A stretch of DNA of 64,000 bases, from contig OZ024742.1 of assembly GCA_964016885.1 (NCBI GenBank), positions 251,224,001-251,288,000 on the forward strand, given 5' to 3'. A model generated the notes under the pieces. That model was not told the DNA's origin. It was given only the letters and a program-made list of their open reading frames with translations, and ran no database searches. This document shows positions 27,304-41,787 of this stretch, piece after piece; the first letter of the stretch is position 1; each line of letters begins with the position of its first letter. The stretch is from Eledone cirrhosa. Its lineage: Eukaryota. The translations under genes and the position numbers were made by a program.

Positions 27304-27835
27304 AATTATCACATCAGTATTTACAATTAATATACCAGTATTTAGAATTATCACATCAGTATTTACAATTGATATACCAGTATTTAGAATTATCACACCA
27401 GTATTTACAATTGATATACCAGTATTTAGAATTATCACACCAGTATTTACAATTGATATACCAGTATTTAGAATTATCACACCAGTATTTACAATTGATA
27501 TACCAGTATTTAGAATTATCACACCAGTATTTACAATTGATATACCAGTATTTAGAATTATCACACCAGTATTTACAATTGATATACCAGTATTTAGAAT
27601 TATCACACCAGTATTTACAATTGATATACCAGTATTTAGAATTATCACACCAGTATTTACAATTGATATACCAGTATTTAGAATTATCACACCAGTATTT
27701 ACAATTGATATACCAGTATTTAGAATTATCACACCAGTATTTACAATTGATATACCAGTATTTAGAATTATCACACCAGTATTTACAATTGATATACCAG
27801 TATTTTGAATTATCACAGCAGTAATTACAATTATC
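27304..27835. repeat. 42-bp (2x21) homogeneous minisatellite, ~12 copies
   Basis: ccagtatttagaattatcacaccagtatttacaattgatata; 14-aa periodic ORFs. Confidence 0.95.
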
Positions 27836-27869
27836 ACACTCATCCAGTTTTTGATTATGCAGGACATAA

Positions 27870-28100
27870 TTAATCCCTAAGTAGGGGTGGGTCCTGCCTG
27901 ACAGAGTCCTTTGGGTCCCACTCCATGTGTTTCTGTCCACTGGTCTGACTTGAGCCAGGCCAAGCCTAGCTTGATCCCGACGAACCTCCTCCAACCAAGT
28001 CCTTTTTGGTCTTCCTAGACCTCTACCGCCTCCTGGATCGACATTCATCCCATTGCTGATCCAACCTTCGCTGCACTCAACATGGTTATACAAGCACATG
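27870..28100 (-). mobile_element. RTE LINE C-terminal remnant running directly into the 31-bp satellite
   Basis: HVECSEGWI...GRGLGRPKRTWLEEVRRD...DRNTW. Confidence 0.75.
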
Positions 28101-31100
28101 TATCTGACTGACATGGCTATACCAGCACATGTGTCTCATTGACATGGCTGTACCAGCACATGTGTCTCATTGACATGACTATACCAGCGCATTTGTCTCA
28201 TCAACATGGCTATACCAGCACATGTGTCTCATCAACATGGCTATACCAGCACATGTGTCTCATCAACATGGCTATACCAGCGCATGTGTCTGATCAACAT
28301 GGCTATACCAGCACATGTGTCTCATTGACATGGCTATACCAGCGCATATGTCTCATCAACATGGCTATACAAGCACATGTGTCTCATTGATATGGCTATA
28401 CCAGCACATATGTCTCATAGACATGGCTGAACCAGCGCATGTGTCTCACCGACATGGCTATACCAGCACGTGTCTCATTGACATGGCTATACCAGCACAT
28501 GTGTCTCATCAACATGGCTATACCAGCACATGTGTCTCATCAACATGGCTATACCAGCACATGTGTCTCATTGACATGGCTATACCAGCGCGTGTGTCTC
28601 ATTGACACGGCTGTACCAGCACATGTGTCTCATCGACGTGGCTATACCAGCACATGTGTCTCATTGATATGGCTATACAAGCACTTATGTCTCATCGACA
28701 TGGCTATACCAGCACATGTGTCTCATTGACATGGCTATACCAGCACATGTGTCTCATCGACATGGCTATACCAGCACATGTGTCTCATCGACATGGCTAT
28801 ACCAGCACATGTGTCTCATTGAAATGACTGTACCAGCACATGTGTCTCATTGACATGGCTATACCAGCGCATGTGTCTCATCAACATGGCTATACCAGCA
28901 CATGTGTCTCATTGACATGGCTGTACCAGCACATGTGTCTCATTGACATGGCTGAACCAGCACATGTGTCTCATCGACATGGCTATACCAGCACATGTGT
29001 CTCATCAACATGGCTATACCAGCACATGTGTCTCATCGACTTGGCCGTAGCAGCACATGTGTCTCATTGATATGGCTATACCAGCACATGTATCCATCGA
29101 CATGGCTATACCAGCTCATGTGCCTCATTCATAATGGCTATACCAGCACATGTGTCTCATTGATATAGCTGTACCAGCACATGTGTCTTATCGACATGGC
29201 TATACCAGCACATGTGTCTCATCAACATGGCTATACCAGCACATGTGTCTCATTGATATGGCTATACCAGCACATGTGTCTCATCGACATGGCTATACCA
29301 GCACATGTCTCATTGATATGGCTGTACCAGCGCATGTATCTCATTGATATGGCTATACCAGCACATGTGTCTCATTGACATGGCTATACCAGCACATGTC
29401 TCATTGATATGGCTGTACCAGCGCATGTATCTCATTGATATGGCTATACCAGCACATGTGTCTCATTGATATGGCTATACCAGCACATGTGTCTCATCGA
29501 CATGGCTGTACCAGCATATGTGTCTCATAGACATGGCCTTACCAGCACATGTGTCTCATAGACATGGCCTTACCAGCACATGTGTCTCATAGACATGGCT
29601 ATACCAGAACATGTGTCTCATCGACATGGCTGTACCAGCACATGTGTCTCATTGACATGGCTATACCAGCACATGCGTCTCATTGATATGGTTATACCAG
29701 CACATGTGTCTCATCGACATGGCTGTACCAGCACATGTGTCTCATTGATATGGCTATACCAGCACATGTGTCTCATTGATATGGCTGTACCAGCACATGT
29801 GTCTCATTGACATGGCTATACCAGCACATGCGTCTCATTGATATGGTTATACCAGCACATGTGTCTCATCGACATGGCTGTACCAGCACATGTGTCTCAT
29901 TGATATGGCTATACCAGCACATGTGTCTCATCGACATGGCTGTACCAGCACATGTGTCTCATTGATATGGCTATACCAGCACATGTGTCTCATTGATATG
30001 GCTGTACCAGCACATGTGTCTCATAGACATGGCTATACCAGCACATGTGTCTCATCGACATGGCTGTACCAGCACATGTGTCTCATTGACATGGCTATAC
30101 CAGCACATGTGTCTCATTGATATGGCCGTACCAGCACATGTGTCTCATCGACATGGCTGTACCAGCACATGTGTCTCATTGATATGGCTGTACCAGCACA
30201 TGTGTCTCATAGACATGGCTATACCAGCACATGTGTCTCATCGACATGGCTGTACCAGCACATGTGTCTCATTGATATGGCTATACCAGCACATGTGTCT
30301 CATTGATATGGCTGTACCAGCACATGTGTCTCATAGACATGGCTATACCAGCACATGTGTCTCATCGACATGGCTGTACCAGCACATGTGTCTCATTGAC
30401 ATGGCTATACCAGCACATGTGTCTCATTGATATGGCTATACCAGCACATGTGTCTCATCGACATGGCTGTACCAGCACATGTGTCTCATTGACATGGCTA
30501 TACCAGCACATGTGTCTCATTGATATGGCCGTACCAGCACATGTGTCTCATCGACATGGCTATACCAGCACATGTGTCTCATTGATATGGCCGTACCAGC
30601 AAAGGTGTCTCATTGATATGGCTATACCAGCACATGTGTCTCATCGACATGGCCGTACCAGCACATGTGTCTCATTGATATGGCTATACCAGCACATGTG
30701 TCTCATTGACATGGCTATACCAGCACATGTGTCTCATTGATATGGCCGTACCAGCACATGTGTCTCATTGACATGGCTATACCAGCATATGTGTCTCATC
30801 GACATGGCCGTACCAGCACATGTGTCTCATTGATATGGCTATACCAGCACATGTATCTCATTGATATGGCTGTACCAGCACATGTGTCTCATTGATATGG
30901 CTATACCAGCACATGTTTCTCATCGACATGGCTGTACCAGCACATGTGTCTCATCAACATGGCTATACCAGCACATGTGTCTCATTGATATGGCTATACC
31001 AGCACATGTGTCTGAATGACATGGCCATATCAGCACATGTGTCTCACCGACATGGCTATACCAGCACATGTGTCTCATTGATATGGCTATACCAGCACAT

Positions 31101-34100
31101 GTGTCTCATAGATATGGCTATACCAGCACATGTGTCTCATTGACATGGCTATACCAGCACATGTGTCTCATAAACATGGCTATACCAGCACATGTGTCTC
31201 ATTGACATGGCTATACCAGCACATGTGTCTCATCGACATGGCTGTACCAGCACATGTGTCTCATTGACATGGCTATACCAGCACATGTGTCTCATTGACA
31301 TGGCTGCACAAGCACAAGTGTCTCATTAATATGGCTGTACCAGCAAAGGTGTCTCATTGATATTGCTATACCAGCACATGTGTCGCATAGACATGGCCTT
31401 ACCAACAAATGTGTCTCATTGAGATGGCTATACCAGCACATGTGTCTCATTGATATGGCTATACCAACACATGTGTCTCATTGATATGGCTGAACCAGCA
31501 CATGTGTCTCATTGATATGGCTATACCAGCACATGTGTCTCATTGATATGGCTATACCAACACATGTGTCTCATTGACATGGCTGTACCAGCACATGTGT
31601 CTCATTGACATGGCTATACCAGCACATGTGTCTCAGTGACATGGCTGTACGAGCACATGTCTCATTGACAAGGCTATCCCAGCACATGTGTTTCATTGAT
31701 ATGGCTATACCAGCACGTGTCTCATTGATATGGCTATACCAGCACATGCGTCTCATTGACATGGCTGTACCAGCACATGTGTCTCATTGATATGGCTATA
31801 CCAACACATGTGTCTCATTGACATGGCTATACCAGCATATGTGTCTCATTGACATGGCTATACCAGCACATGTGTCTCATTGACATGGCTGTACCAGCAC
31901 ATGTGTCTCATCGACATGGCTATACCAGCACATGTGTCTCACTAACATGGCTATACCAGCACATGTGTCTCATCGACATGGCTATTCCAGCACATGCGTC
32001 TCATCGACATGGCTATACCAGCACATGCGTCTCATCGACATGGCTATACCAGCACATGTGTCTCATTGATATGGCTATACCAGCACATGTATCTCATTGA
32101 CATGGCTATACCAGCACATGTGTCTCATAGACATGGCCTTACCAGCACATGTGTCTCATTGATATGGCTATACCAGCACATGTGTCATTGATATGGCTAT
32201 ACCAGCACATGTGTCTCATAGACATGGCCTTACCAGCACATGTGTCTCATTGATATGGCTATACCAGCACATGTGTCATTGATATGGCTATACCAGCACA
32301 TGTGTCATTGATATGGCTATACCAGCACATGTGTCTCATCGACATGGCTGTACCAGCACATGTGTCTCATTGACATGGCTATACCAGCACGTGTGTCTCA
32401 TTGATATGGCTATACCAGCACATGTGTCTCATTGATATGGCTATCACAGCACATGTGTTTAATTGAGATGGCTATACCAGCACGTGTCTCATTGATATGG
32501 CTATACCAACACATGCGTCTCATTGACATGGCTGTACCAGCACATGTGTCTCATTGACATGTCTGTACCAGCACATGTGTCTCATTGATATGGCTGTACC
32601 AGCACATGTGTCTCATCAACATGGCTATACCAGCATATGTGTCTCATTGACATGGCTATACCAGCACATGTGTCTCATCGACATGGCTATACCAGCGCAT
32701 GTGTCTCATTGACATGGCTATACCAGCACATGCATCTCATCGACATGGCTATACCAGCATATGTGTCTCATTGACATGGCTGTACCAGCACATGTGTCTC
32801 ATTGACATGGCTATACCAGCGCATGTGTCTGATTGATATGGCTGAACCAGCAAATGTGTCTCATTAACATGGCTGTACCAGCACATGTGTCTCATTGACA
32901 TGGCTATACCAGCACATGTGTCTCATCGACATGGCTGTACCAGCACATGTATCGCATTGATATGGTTATACCAGCACGTGTCTCATTGATATGGCTATAG
33001 CAGCACATGTGTCTCATTGACATGGCTGTACCAGCACATGTGTCCATTGATATGGCTATACCAGCACATGTGTCTCACCTCATTGATATGGCTATACCAG
33101 CACATATGTCTCATTGACATGGCTATACCAGCACATGTGTCTCATAGACATGGCTGAACCAGCGCATGTGTCACATTGACATGAGTGTAACAGCACATGT
33201 GTCTCATCGACATGGCTATACCAGCACATGTGTCTCGTCGACATGGCTATACCAGCATATGTGTCTCATTGATATGGCTATACCAGCACATGTGTCTAAT
33301 TGATGTGGCTATACCAGCACATGTGTCTCATTGACATGGCTATACCAGCACATGTGTCTCATTGATTTGGCTATACCAGCACATGTGTCTCATCGACATG
33401 GCTATACCAGAAAATGTGTCGCATAGACATGGCCTTACCAGCACGTGTCTCATTGATATGGCTGTACCAGCACACTGTCTATTTGACATGGCTATACCAG
33501 CACATGTGTCTCATTGACATGGCTATACCAGCACATGTGACTCATTGACCTGGCCATACCAGCACATGTGTCTCATTTACATGGCTATACAAGCACATGT
33601 GTCTCATTGATATGGCTGAACCAGCACATGTGTCTCATTGACATGGCTGTACCAGCACATGTGTCTCATTGACCTGGCTATACCAGCACAAGTGTCTCAT
33701 TGATATGGCTATACCAGCACATGTGTCTCATAGACATGGCCTTAGCAGCACATGTGTCTCATTGATATGGCTATACCAGCACATGTGTCTGAATGACATG
33801 GCCATATCAGCACATGTGTCTCACCGACATGGCTATACCAGCACATGTGTCTCATTGATATGGCTATACCAGCACATGTGTCTCATAGATATGGCTATAC
33901 CAGCACATGTGTCTCATTGACATGGCTATACCAGCACATGTGTCTCATAAACATGGCTATACCAGCACATGTGTCTCATTGACATGGCTATACCAGCACA
34001 TGTGTCTCATCGACATGGCTGTACCAGCACATGTGTCTCATTGACATGGCTATACCAGCACATGTGTCTCATTGACATGGCTGCACAAGCACAAGTGTCT

Positions 34101-37100
34101 CATTAATATGGCTGTACCAGCAAAGGTGTCTCATTGATATTGCTATACCAGCACATGTGTCGCATAGACATGGCCTTACCAACAAATGTGTCTCATTGAG
34201 ATGGCTATACCAGCACATGTGTCTCATTGATATGGCTATACCAACACATGTGTCTCATTGATATGGCTGAACCAGCACATGTGTCTCATTGATATGGCTA
34301 TACCAGCACATGTGTCTCATTGATATGGCTATACCAACACATGTGTCTCATTGACATGGCTGTACCAGCACATGTGTCTCATTGACATGGCTATACCAGC
34401 ACATGTGTCTCAGTGACATGGCTGTACGAGCACATGTCTCATTGACAAGGCTATCCCAGCACATGTGTTTCATTGATATGGCTATACCAGCACGTGTCTC
34501 ATTGATATGGCTATACCAGCACATGCGTCTCATTGACATGGCTGTACCAGCACATGTGTCTCATTGATATGGCTATACCAACACATGTGTCTCATTGACA
34601 TGGCTATACCAGCATATGTGTCTCATTGACATGGCTATACCAGCACATGTGTCTCATTGACATGGCTGTACCAGCACATGTGTCTCATCGACATGGCTAT
34701 ACCAGCACATGTGTCTCACTAACATGGCTATACCAGCACATGTGTCTCATCGACATGGCTATTCCAGCACATGCGTCTCATCGACATGGCTATACCAGCA
34801 CATGCGTCTCATCGACATGGCTATACCAGCACATGTGTCTCATTGATATGGCTATACCAGCACATGTATCTCATTGACATGGCTATACCAGCACATGTGT
34901 CTCATAGACATGGCCTTACCAGCACATGTGTCTCATTGATATGGCTATACCAGCACATGTGTCATTGATATGGCTATACCAGCACATGTGTCTCATAGAC
35001 ATGGCCTTACCAGCACATGTGTCTCATTGATATGGCTATACCAGCACATGTGTCATTGATATGGCTATACCAGCACATGTGTCATTGATATGGCTATACC
35101 AGCACATGTGTCTCATCGACATGGCTGTACCAGCACATGTGTCTCATTGACATGGCTATACCAGCACGTGTGTCTCATTGATATGGCTATACCAGCACAT
35201 GTGTCTCATTGATATGGCTATCACAGCACATGTGTTTAATTGAGATGGCTATACCAGCACGTGTCTCATTGATATGGCTATACCAACACATGCGTCTCAT
35301 TGACATGGCTGTACCAGCACATGTGTCTCATTGACATGTCTGTACCAGCACATGTGTCTCATTGATATGGCTGTACCAGCACATGTGTCTCATCAACATG
35401 GCTATACCAGCATATGTGTCTCATTGACATGGCTATACCAGCACATGTGTCTCATCGACATGGCTATACCAGCGCATGTGTCTCATTGACATGGCTATAC
35501 CAGCACATGCATCTCATCGACATGGCTATACCAGCATATGTGTCTCATTGACATGGCTGTACCAGCACATGTCTCTCATTGACATGGCTATACCAGCGCA
35601 TGTGTCTGATTGATATGGCTGAACCAGCAAATGTGTCTCATTAACATGGCTGTACCAGCACATGTGTCTCATTGACATGGCTATACCAGCACATGTGTCT
35701 CATCGACATGGCTGTACCAGCACATGTATCGCATTGATATGGTTATACCAGCACGTGTCTCATTGATATGGCTATAGCAGCACATGTGTCTCATTGACAT
35801 GGCTGTACCAGCACATGTGTCCATTGATATGGCTATACCAGCACATGTGTCTCACCTCATTGATATGGCTATACCAGCACATATGTCTCATTGACATGGC
35901 TATACCAGCACATGTGTCTCATAGACATGGCTGAACCAGCGCATGTGTCACATTGACATGAGTGTAACAGCACATGTGTCTCATCGACATGGCTATACCA
36001 GCACATGTGTCTCGTCGACATGGCTATACCAGCATATGTGTCTCATTGATATGGCTATACCAGCACATGTGTCTAATTGATGTGGCTATACCAGCACATG
36101 TGTCTCATTGACATGGCTATACCAGCACATGTGTCTCATTGATTTGGCTATACCAGCACATGTGTCTCATCGACATGGCTATACCAGAAAATGTGTCGCA
36201 TAGACATGGCCTTACCAGCACGTGTCTCATTGATATGGCTGTACCAGCACACTGTCTATTTGACATGGCTATACCAGCACATGTGTCTCATTGACATGGC
36301 TATACCAGCACATGTGACTCATTGACCTGGCCATACCAGCACATGTGTCTCATTTACATGGCTATACAAGCACATGTGTCTCATTGATATGGCTGAACCA
36401 GCACATGTGTCTCATTGACATGGCTGTACCAGCACATGTGTCTCATTGACCTGGCTATACCAGCACAAGTGTCTCATTGATATGGCTATACCAGCACATG
36501 TGTCTCATAGACATGGCCTTAGCAGCACATGTGTCTCATTGATATGGCTGTACCAGCACATGTGTCTCATTGATATGGCTGTACCAGCATATGTGTCTCA
36601 TTGATATGGCTATACCAGCATGTGTGTCTCATTGATATGGCTATACCAGCACATGTGTCTCATAGACATGGCCTTACCAGCACATGTGTCTCATAGATAT
36701 GGCCTTACCAGCACATGTGTCTCATTGATATGGCTATACCAGCACATGTGTCATTGATATGTCTATACTTGCACATGTGTCTCATCGACATGGCTGTACT
36801 AGCATATGTATCTCATTGATATTGCTATACCAGCACATGTATCTCATTGACATGGCTGTACCAGCACATGTGTCTCATTGACATGGCTATACCAGCACAT
36901 GTGTCATTGATATGTCTATACTTGCACACGTGTCTCATCAACATGGCTATACCAGCACATGAATCTCATTGATATGGCTATACCAGCATGTGTGTTTCAT
37001 TGATATGGCTATACCAGCACATGTGTCTCATTGATTTGGCTATACCAGCACATGTGTCTCATTGATATGGCTATACCAGCACATGTATCTCATTGATATG

Positions 37101-39750
37101 GCTATACCAGCACATGTGTCTCATTGACATGGCTGTACCAGCACATGTGTCTCATCGACATGGCTATACCAGCACATGTGTCTCATTGACATGGCTATAC
37201 CAGCACATGCGTCTCATCGACATGGCTATACCAGCATATGTGTCTCATTGACATGGCTATACCAGCACATGTGTCTCATTGACATGGCTATACCAGCACA
37301 TGTGTCTCATTGATATGGCTGAACCAGCACATGTGTCTCATTGACATGGCTGTCCCAGCACATGTGTCTCATTGACATGGCTATACCAGCACATGTGTCT
37401 CATCGACATGGCTGTACCAGCACATGTATCTCATTGATATTGTTATACCAGCACATGTGTCTCATTGATATGGCTATACCAGCACATGTGTCTGATTGAC
37501 ATGGCTGTACCAGCACATGTATCTCATTGATATTGCTATACCAGCACATGTATCTCATTGACATGGCTGTACCAGCACATGTGTCCATTGATATGGCTAT
37601 ACCAGCACATGTGTCTCACCTCATCGACATGGCTATACCAGCACATGTGTCTCATTGATGTGGCTATACCAGCACATGTGTCTCATTGATTTGGCTATAC
37701 CAGCACATGTGTCTCATCGACATGGCTATACCAGCACATGTGTCGCATTGATATGGCTGTACCAGCACATGTGTCTCATTGACATGGCTATACCAGCACA
37801 TGTGTCTCATCAACATGGCTATACCAGCACATGTGTCTCTTTGACATGGCTGTACCAGCACATGTGTCTCATTGATATGGCTGTACCAGCACATGTGTCT
37901 CATTGACATGGCTGAACCAGCGCATGTGTCTCATTGATATGGCTATACCAGCACATGTGTCTCATTGATATGGCTATATCAGCACATGTGTCTCATTGAT
38001 ATGGCTATACCAGCACATGTGTCTCATTGATATGGCTATACCAGCACATGTGTCTCATAGACATGGCTATACCAGCACATGTGTGTCATTGATATGACTA
38101 TACCAGCACATGTGTCTCATTGACATGGCTATACCAGCACATGTGTCTCATCAACATGGCTATACCAGCACGTGTGTCTCATTGACATGGCTATACCTGC
38201 ACATGTGTCTCATTCACATGCTATACGAGCACATGTGTCTCATTGACATGGCTGAACCAGCGCATGTGTCTCATTGATATGGCTATACCAGCAGATGTAT
38301 CTCATTGACATGGCTATACCAGCACATGTGTCTCATTCACATGCTATACGAGCACATGTGTCTCATTGACATGGCTGAACCAGCACATGTGTCTTATTGA
38401 CATGGCTGTACCAGCACATGTGTCTCATTGATATAGCTATACCAGCAGATGTATCTCATTGATATGGCTATACCAGCACATGTGTCTCATTGATATGGCT
38501 GAACCAGCACGTGTCTTATCAACATGGCTATACCAGCACGTGTCTCATTGATATGGCTATACCAGCACATGTGTCTCATTGATATGGCTATACCAGCACA
38601 TGTGTCTCATAGACATGGCCTTACCAGCACATGTGTCTCATTGATATGGCTGTACCAGCACATGTGTCTCATTGATATGGCTATACCAGCACATGTGTCT
38701 CATTGACATGGCTGTACCAGCACATGTGTCTCATAGACATGGCCTTACCAGCACATGTGTCTCATTGATATGGCTGTACCAGCACATGTGTCTCATTGAT
38801 ATCTATACCAGCACATGTGTCTCATCAACATGGCTATACCAGCACATGTGTCTCATTGACATGGCTGTACCAGCACATGTGTCTCATTGACATGGCTGAA
38901 CCAGCACATGTGTCTCATTGACATGGCTGTATCAGCACATGTGTCTCATTGACATGGCTGTACCAGCACATGTGTCTCATTCACATGGCTATACGAGCAC
39001 ATGTGTCTCATTGATATGGCTGAACCAGCCCATGTGTCTTATTGACATGGCTGTACCAGCACATGTGTCTCATTGACATGGCTATACCAGCACATGTGTC
39101 TCATTGATATGGCTATACCAGCACATGTGTCTCATTGAAACGGCTGTACCAGCACATGTGTCTCATTGACATGGCTGTACCAGCACATGTGTCTCATCAA
39201 CATGGCTATACCAGCACATGTGTTTCATTGACATGGCTGTACCAGCACATGTGTCTCATTGATATGGCTATACCAGCACATGTATCTCATTGATATGGCT
39301 ATACCAGCACATATGTCTCATTGATATGGCTATACCAGCACATGTATCTCATTGAAACGGCTGTACCAGCACATGTGTCTCATTGACATGGCATTACCAG
39401 CATATGTGTCTCATTGACATGGCTATACCAGCACATGTGTCTCATTGACATGGCTGTATCAGCACATGTGTCTCATTGACATGGCTATACCAGCACATGT
39501 GTCTCATCAACATGGCTATACCAGCACATGTGTCTCATTGACATGGCTATACCAGCACATGTGTCTCATTGATATGGCTGTACCAGCACATGTGTCTCAT
39601 CGACATGGCTATACCAGCACATGTGTCTCATCGACATGGACGTATGAGCACATGTGTCTCATTGAAATGGCTATACCAGCACATGTGTCTCGTTGACATA
39701 GCTATACCAGCACATGCGTCTCATCAGCATGGCTGTACCAGCACATGTGT
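28081..39750. repeat. 31-bp satellite array (~11.7 kb, roughly 375 units), consensus CATGGCTATACCAGCACATGTGTCTCATTGA
   Basis: Continuous tandem units with occasional 29-bp variants; internal 2777-bp tandem duplication. Confidence 0.98.
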
Positions 39751-40460
39751 AGTATTTATAATTATTTCAGAACATCTCATGGTGTTCAGGTTGATTACAT
39801 TACAATTACAAACTAATAGTTCAGAGTTAGTGGATTGGCAGAATTGGTAAAGAGTCAGATAGGATTTATTGTGTTATCTGATCTAGCTCTTTGTTTTCTG
39901 AATTTAAATCCTGGCTTCTTATGCCAAGAGTTTTGTTCAACAGATAATATAAACAATGGAAAGACTAATGGAAACATTGTTTCCTTGGTTTGATCTGACA
40001 AACGGCTGCATTTTTTTTTTTTTTCATTACTATTGACAATAAAAGTTTAGTTTCTCTGTTATGTTGACTGTCAAATATTATTACAACAAATAAACTGCAA
40101 AACTCTATACATTTCAAAACAATTTGTTTAAACAAACTAATTTTACTGATTTGGTTAACAAATATTTTCAAATTGAAATTCTATACATAATGGCATATTT
40201 TAAACACTTAAACGATAAGAATCACAGCGATGAAGTGAAAATGAGGAAATAACTTGAAAATAACAATAAAACCATTAAAAGAATTACAGCAAAAAGCTAA
40301 GAAAAATAAATATAAAGAAAATAGCATGTTGGTGTCAAGAAACTGAATAGAATGTATCTGGGTAGAACTAAAGACTAAATAGACCAAGGGTTGGCAACAT
40401 GAGGGAGCAACCACAAGTGAGCCATTAGAGTGTTTTATGTGTGTCTTGGGACTTTTTGAA

Positions 40461-40728
40461 ACTGTTATATGCAAGAGATGATATAACATACATGTGGACT
40501 ATTGGAGTATTCTCTGAGGAACACAAACCATTTCAAATCTGTTATATGCAAGATATGATATAATATACATATGGACAATTGAGGCATTCTCTTTGAAACT
40601 CAGACCATATCAAATTTGTTATATATAAAATATCATATAACATACATGTGGTCTATTGAGGCATTTCCTGTAGAAATCAGACCATTTCAAATTTTTTATG
40701 TATAAGATATATAATATACATGTGGGCC
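40461..40728. repeat. Degenerate ~77-bp tandem repeat, ~3.5 copies
   Basis: gttatatgcaaga..gatataa(c/t)atacat(g/a)tgg..attg..cagaccatttcaaat recurring at about 40462, 40539, 40616, 40692. Confidence 0.75.
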
Positions 40729-41032
40729 CTGTGCAAAACTAAAAAAAAAAAAATCAAAAGTAAGCCATTACAAAGAGAAGTTGCTGATCAATGAATGAGG
40801 GGGAAGAACTGACAGGAACATTTGGTGCAAAACTAAAATACAAACATAAAAATGAAGAAATATGTTGAAGAATTTAAAATGGCAGTGGGGGATTAAGATA
40901 ATAAGTGTATATAAGGAAAATTACAGAAGAGAAATTACAGAAGAGAAATGTGTCAAAGCCATAGCATTTTTTTAAGAAGCAACTGGACGAATTAGGGATG
41001 TTTGACAAATACACACACACACATATAAGATG

Positions 41033-41066
<34 letters not shown>

Positions 41067-41067
<1 letters not shown>

Positions 41068-41258
41068 AGTCCTGGGTTCAATCAGGGGTAACTACAGTAA
41101 GTAAGGTACTCAATACATAGTAGAGTATATACAAAATTTAATATAGAAATGGCTTCTACAGGACTAGAACTGTTTCATTTGAAGGAAATCATCAGGAAAG
41201 CCCTGATGATTTCCTTCGAATGAAACAGTTCTAGTCCTGTAAAAGCCATTTCTATATT

Positions 41259-41263
<5 letters not shown>
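41067..41263. mobile_element. Fold-back hammerhead cassette (62-bp arms, 5-nt loop, extra tail on the left)
   Basis: 41135-41196 vs 41202-41263 inverted, 60/62 match; fragments at about 11281-11336, 50153-50270, 55351-55410. Confidence 0.85.
41151..41202 (-). ncRNA. Type-I hammerhead ribozyme motif
   Basis: Minus GGCTTTC-CTGATGA-TTTCCTTCAAAT-GAAACAG TTCTAGTC CTGTA-GAAGCC: stem I GGCTT(T)C/GAAGCC, stem III ACAG/CTGT, GUA site. Confidence 0.7.
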
Positions 41264-41339
<76 letters not shown>

Positions 41340-41474
41340 GAAGAAGATGCAGCTATTTGACTGAGAATAAACCAACAGATTTTCGTGTGTCAGAGGTTTA
41401 AAACAAATATATCGATGAAACAAATGAAAAAAACAAACTTGATGATGATGATGATAATAATAATAATAATAATA

Positions 41475-41744
41475 ATTGTTTCTACTTTTGGCACAAGGCC
41501 AGCAATTACCCCAGTGTATTATTGGTACTTTATTTTATCGACCCCGTAAGGATGAAAGGCAAAGTTAACCTCGGCCGGATTTGAACTCAGAATGGCAAGG
41601 GCCGTAACTCTATGCGTCAAAGCATGGCGTCCGACCCTCTACCGATACTGCCAATCCACCGCAATAATAATAATTGTTTCTACTTTAGGCACAAGGCCAG
41701 CAATTACCCAGTGCATTACTGGTATTTTATTTTATCTACCCCGC

Positions 41745-41787
<43 letters not shown>

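Noticed and set aside
27104-28114. Long ORFs over the 42-bp array (e.g. CKYWCDNSKYWYIN repeats)
   Set aside because: Four frames are open simply because the unit lacks stops; no splice or start context; perfect nucleotide homogeneity with no synonymous variation
28081-39750. 31-bp repeats as a CRISPR array or repetitive protein gene
   Set aside because: Units are directly adjacent with no unique spacers, no cas genes, eukaryotic context; 31 bp is not a multiple of 3 and frames are repeatedly stopped
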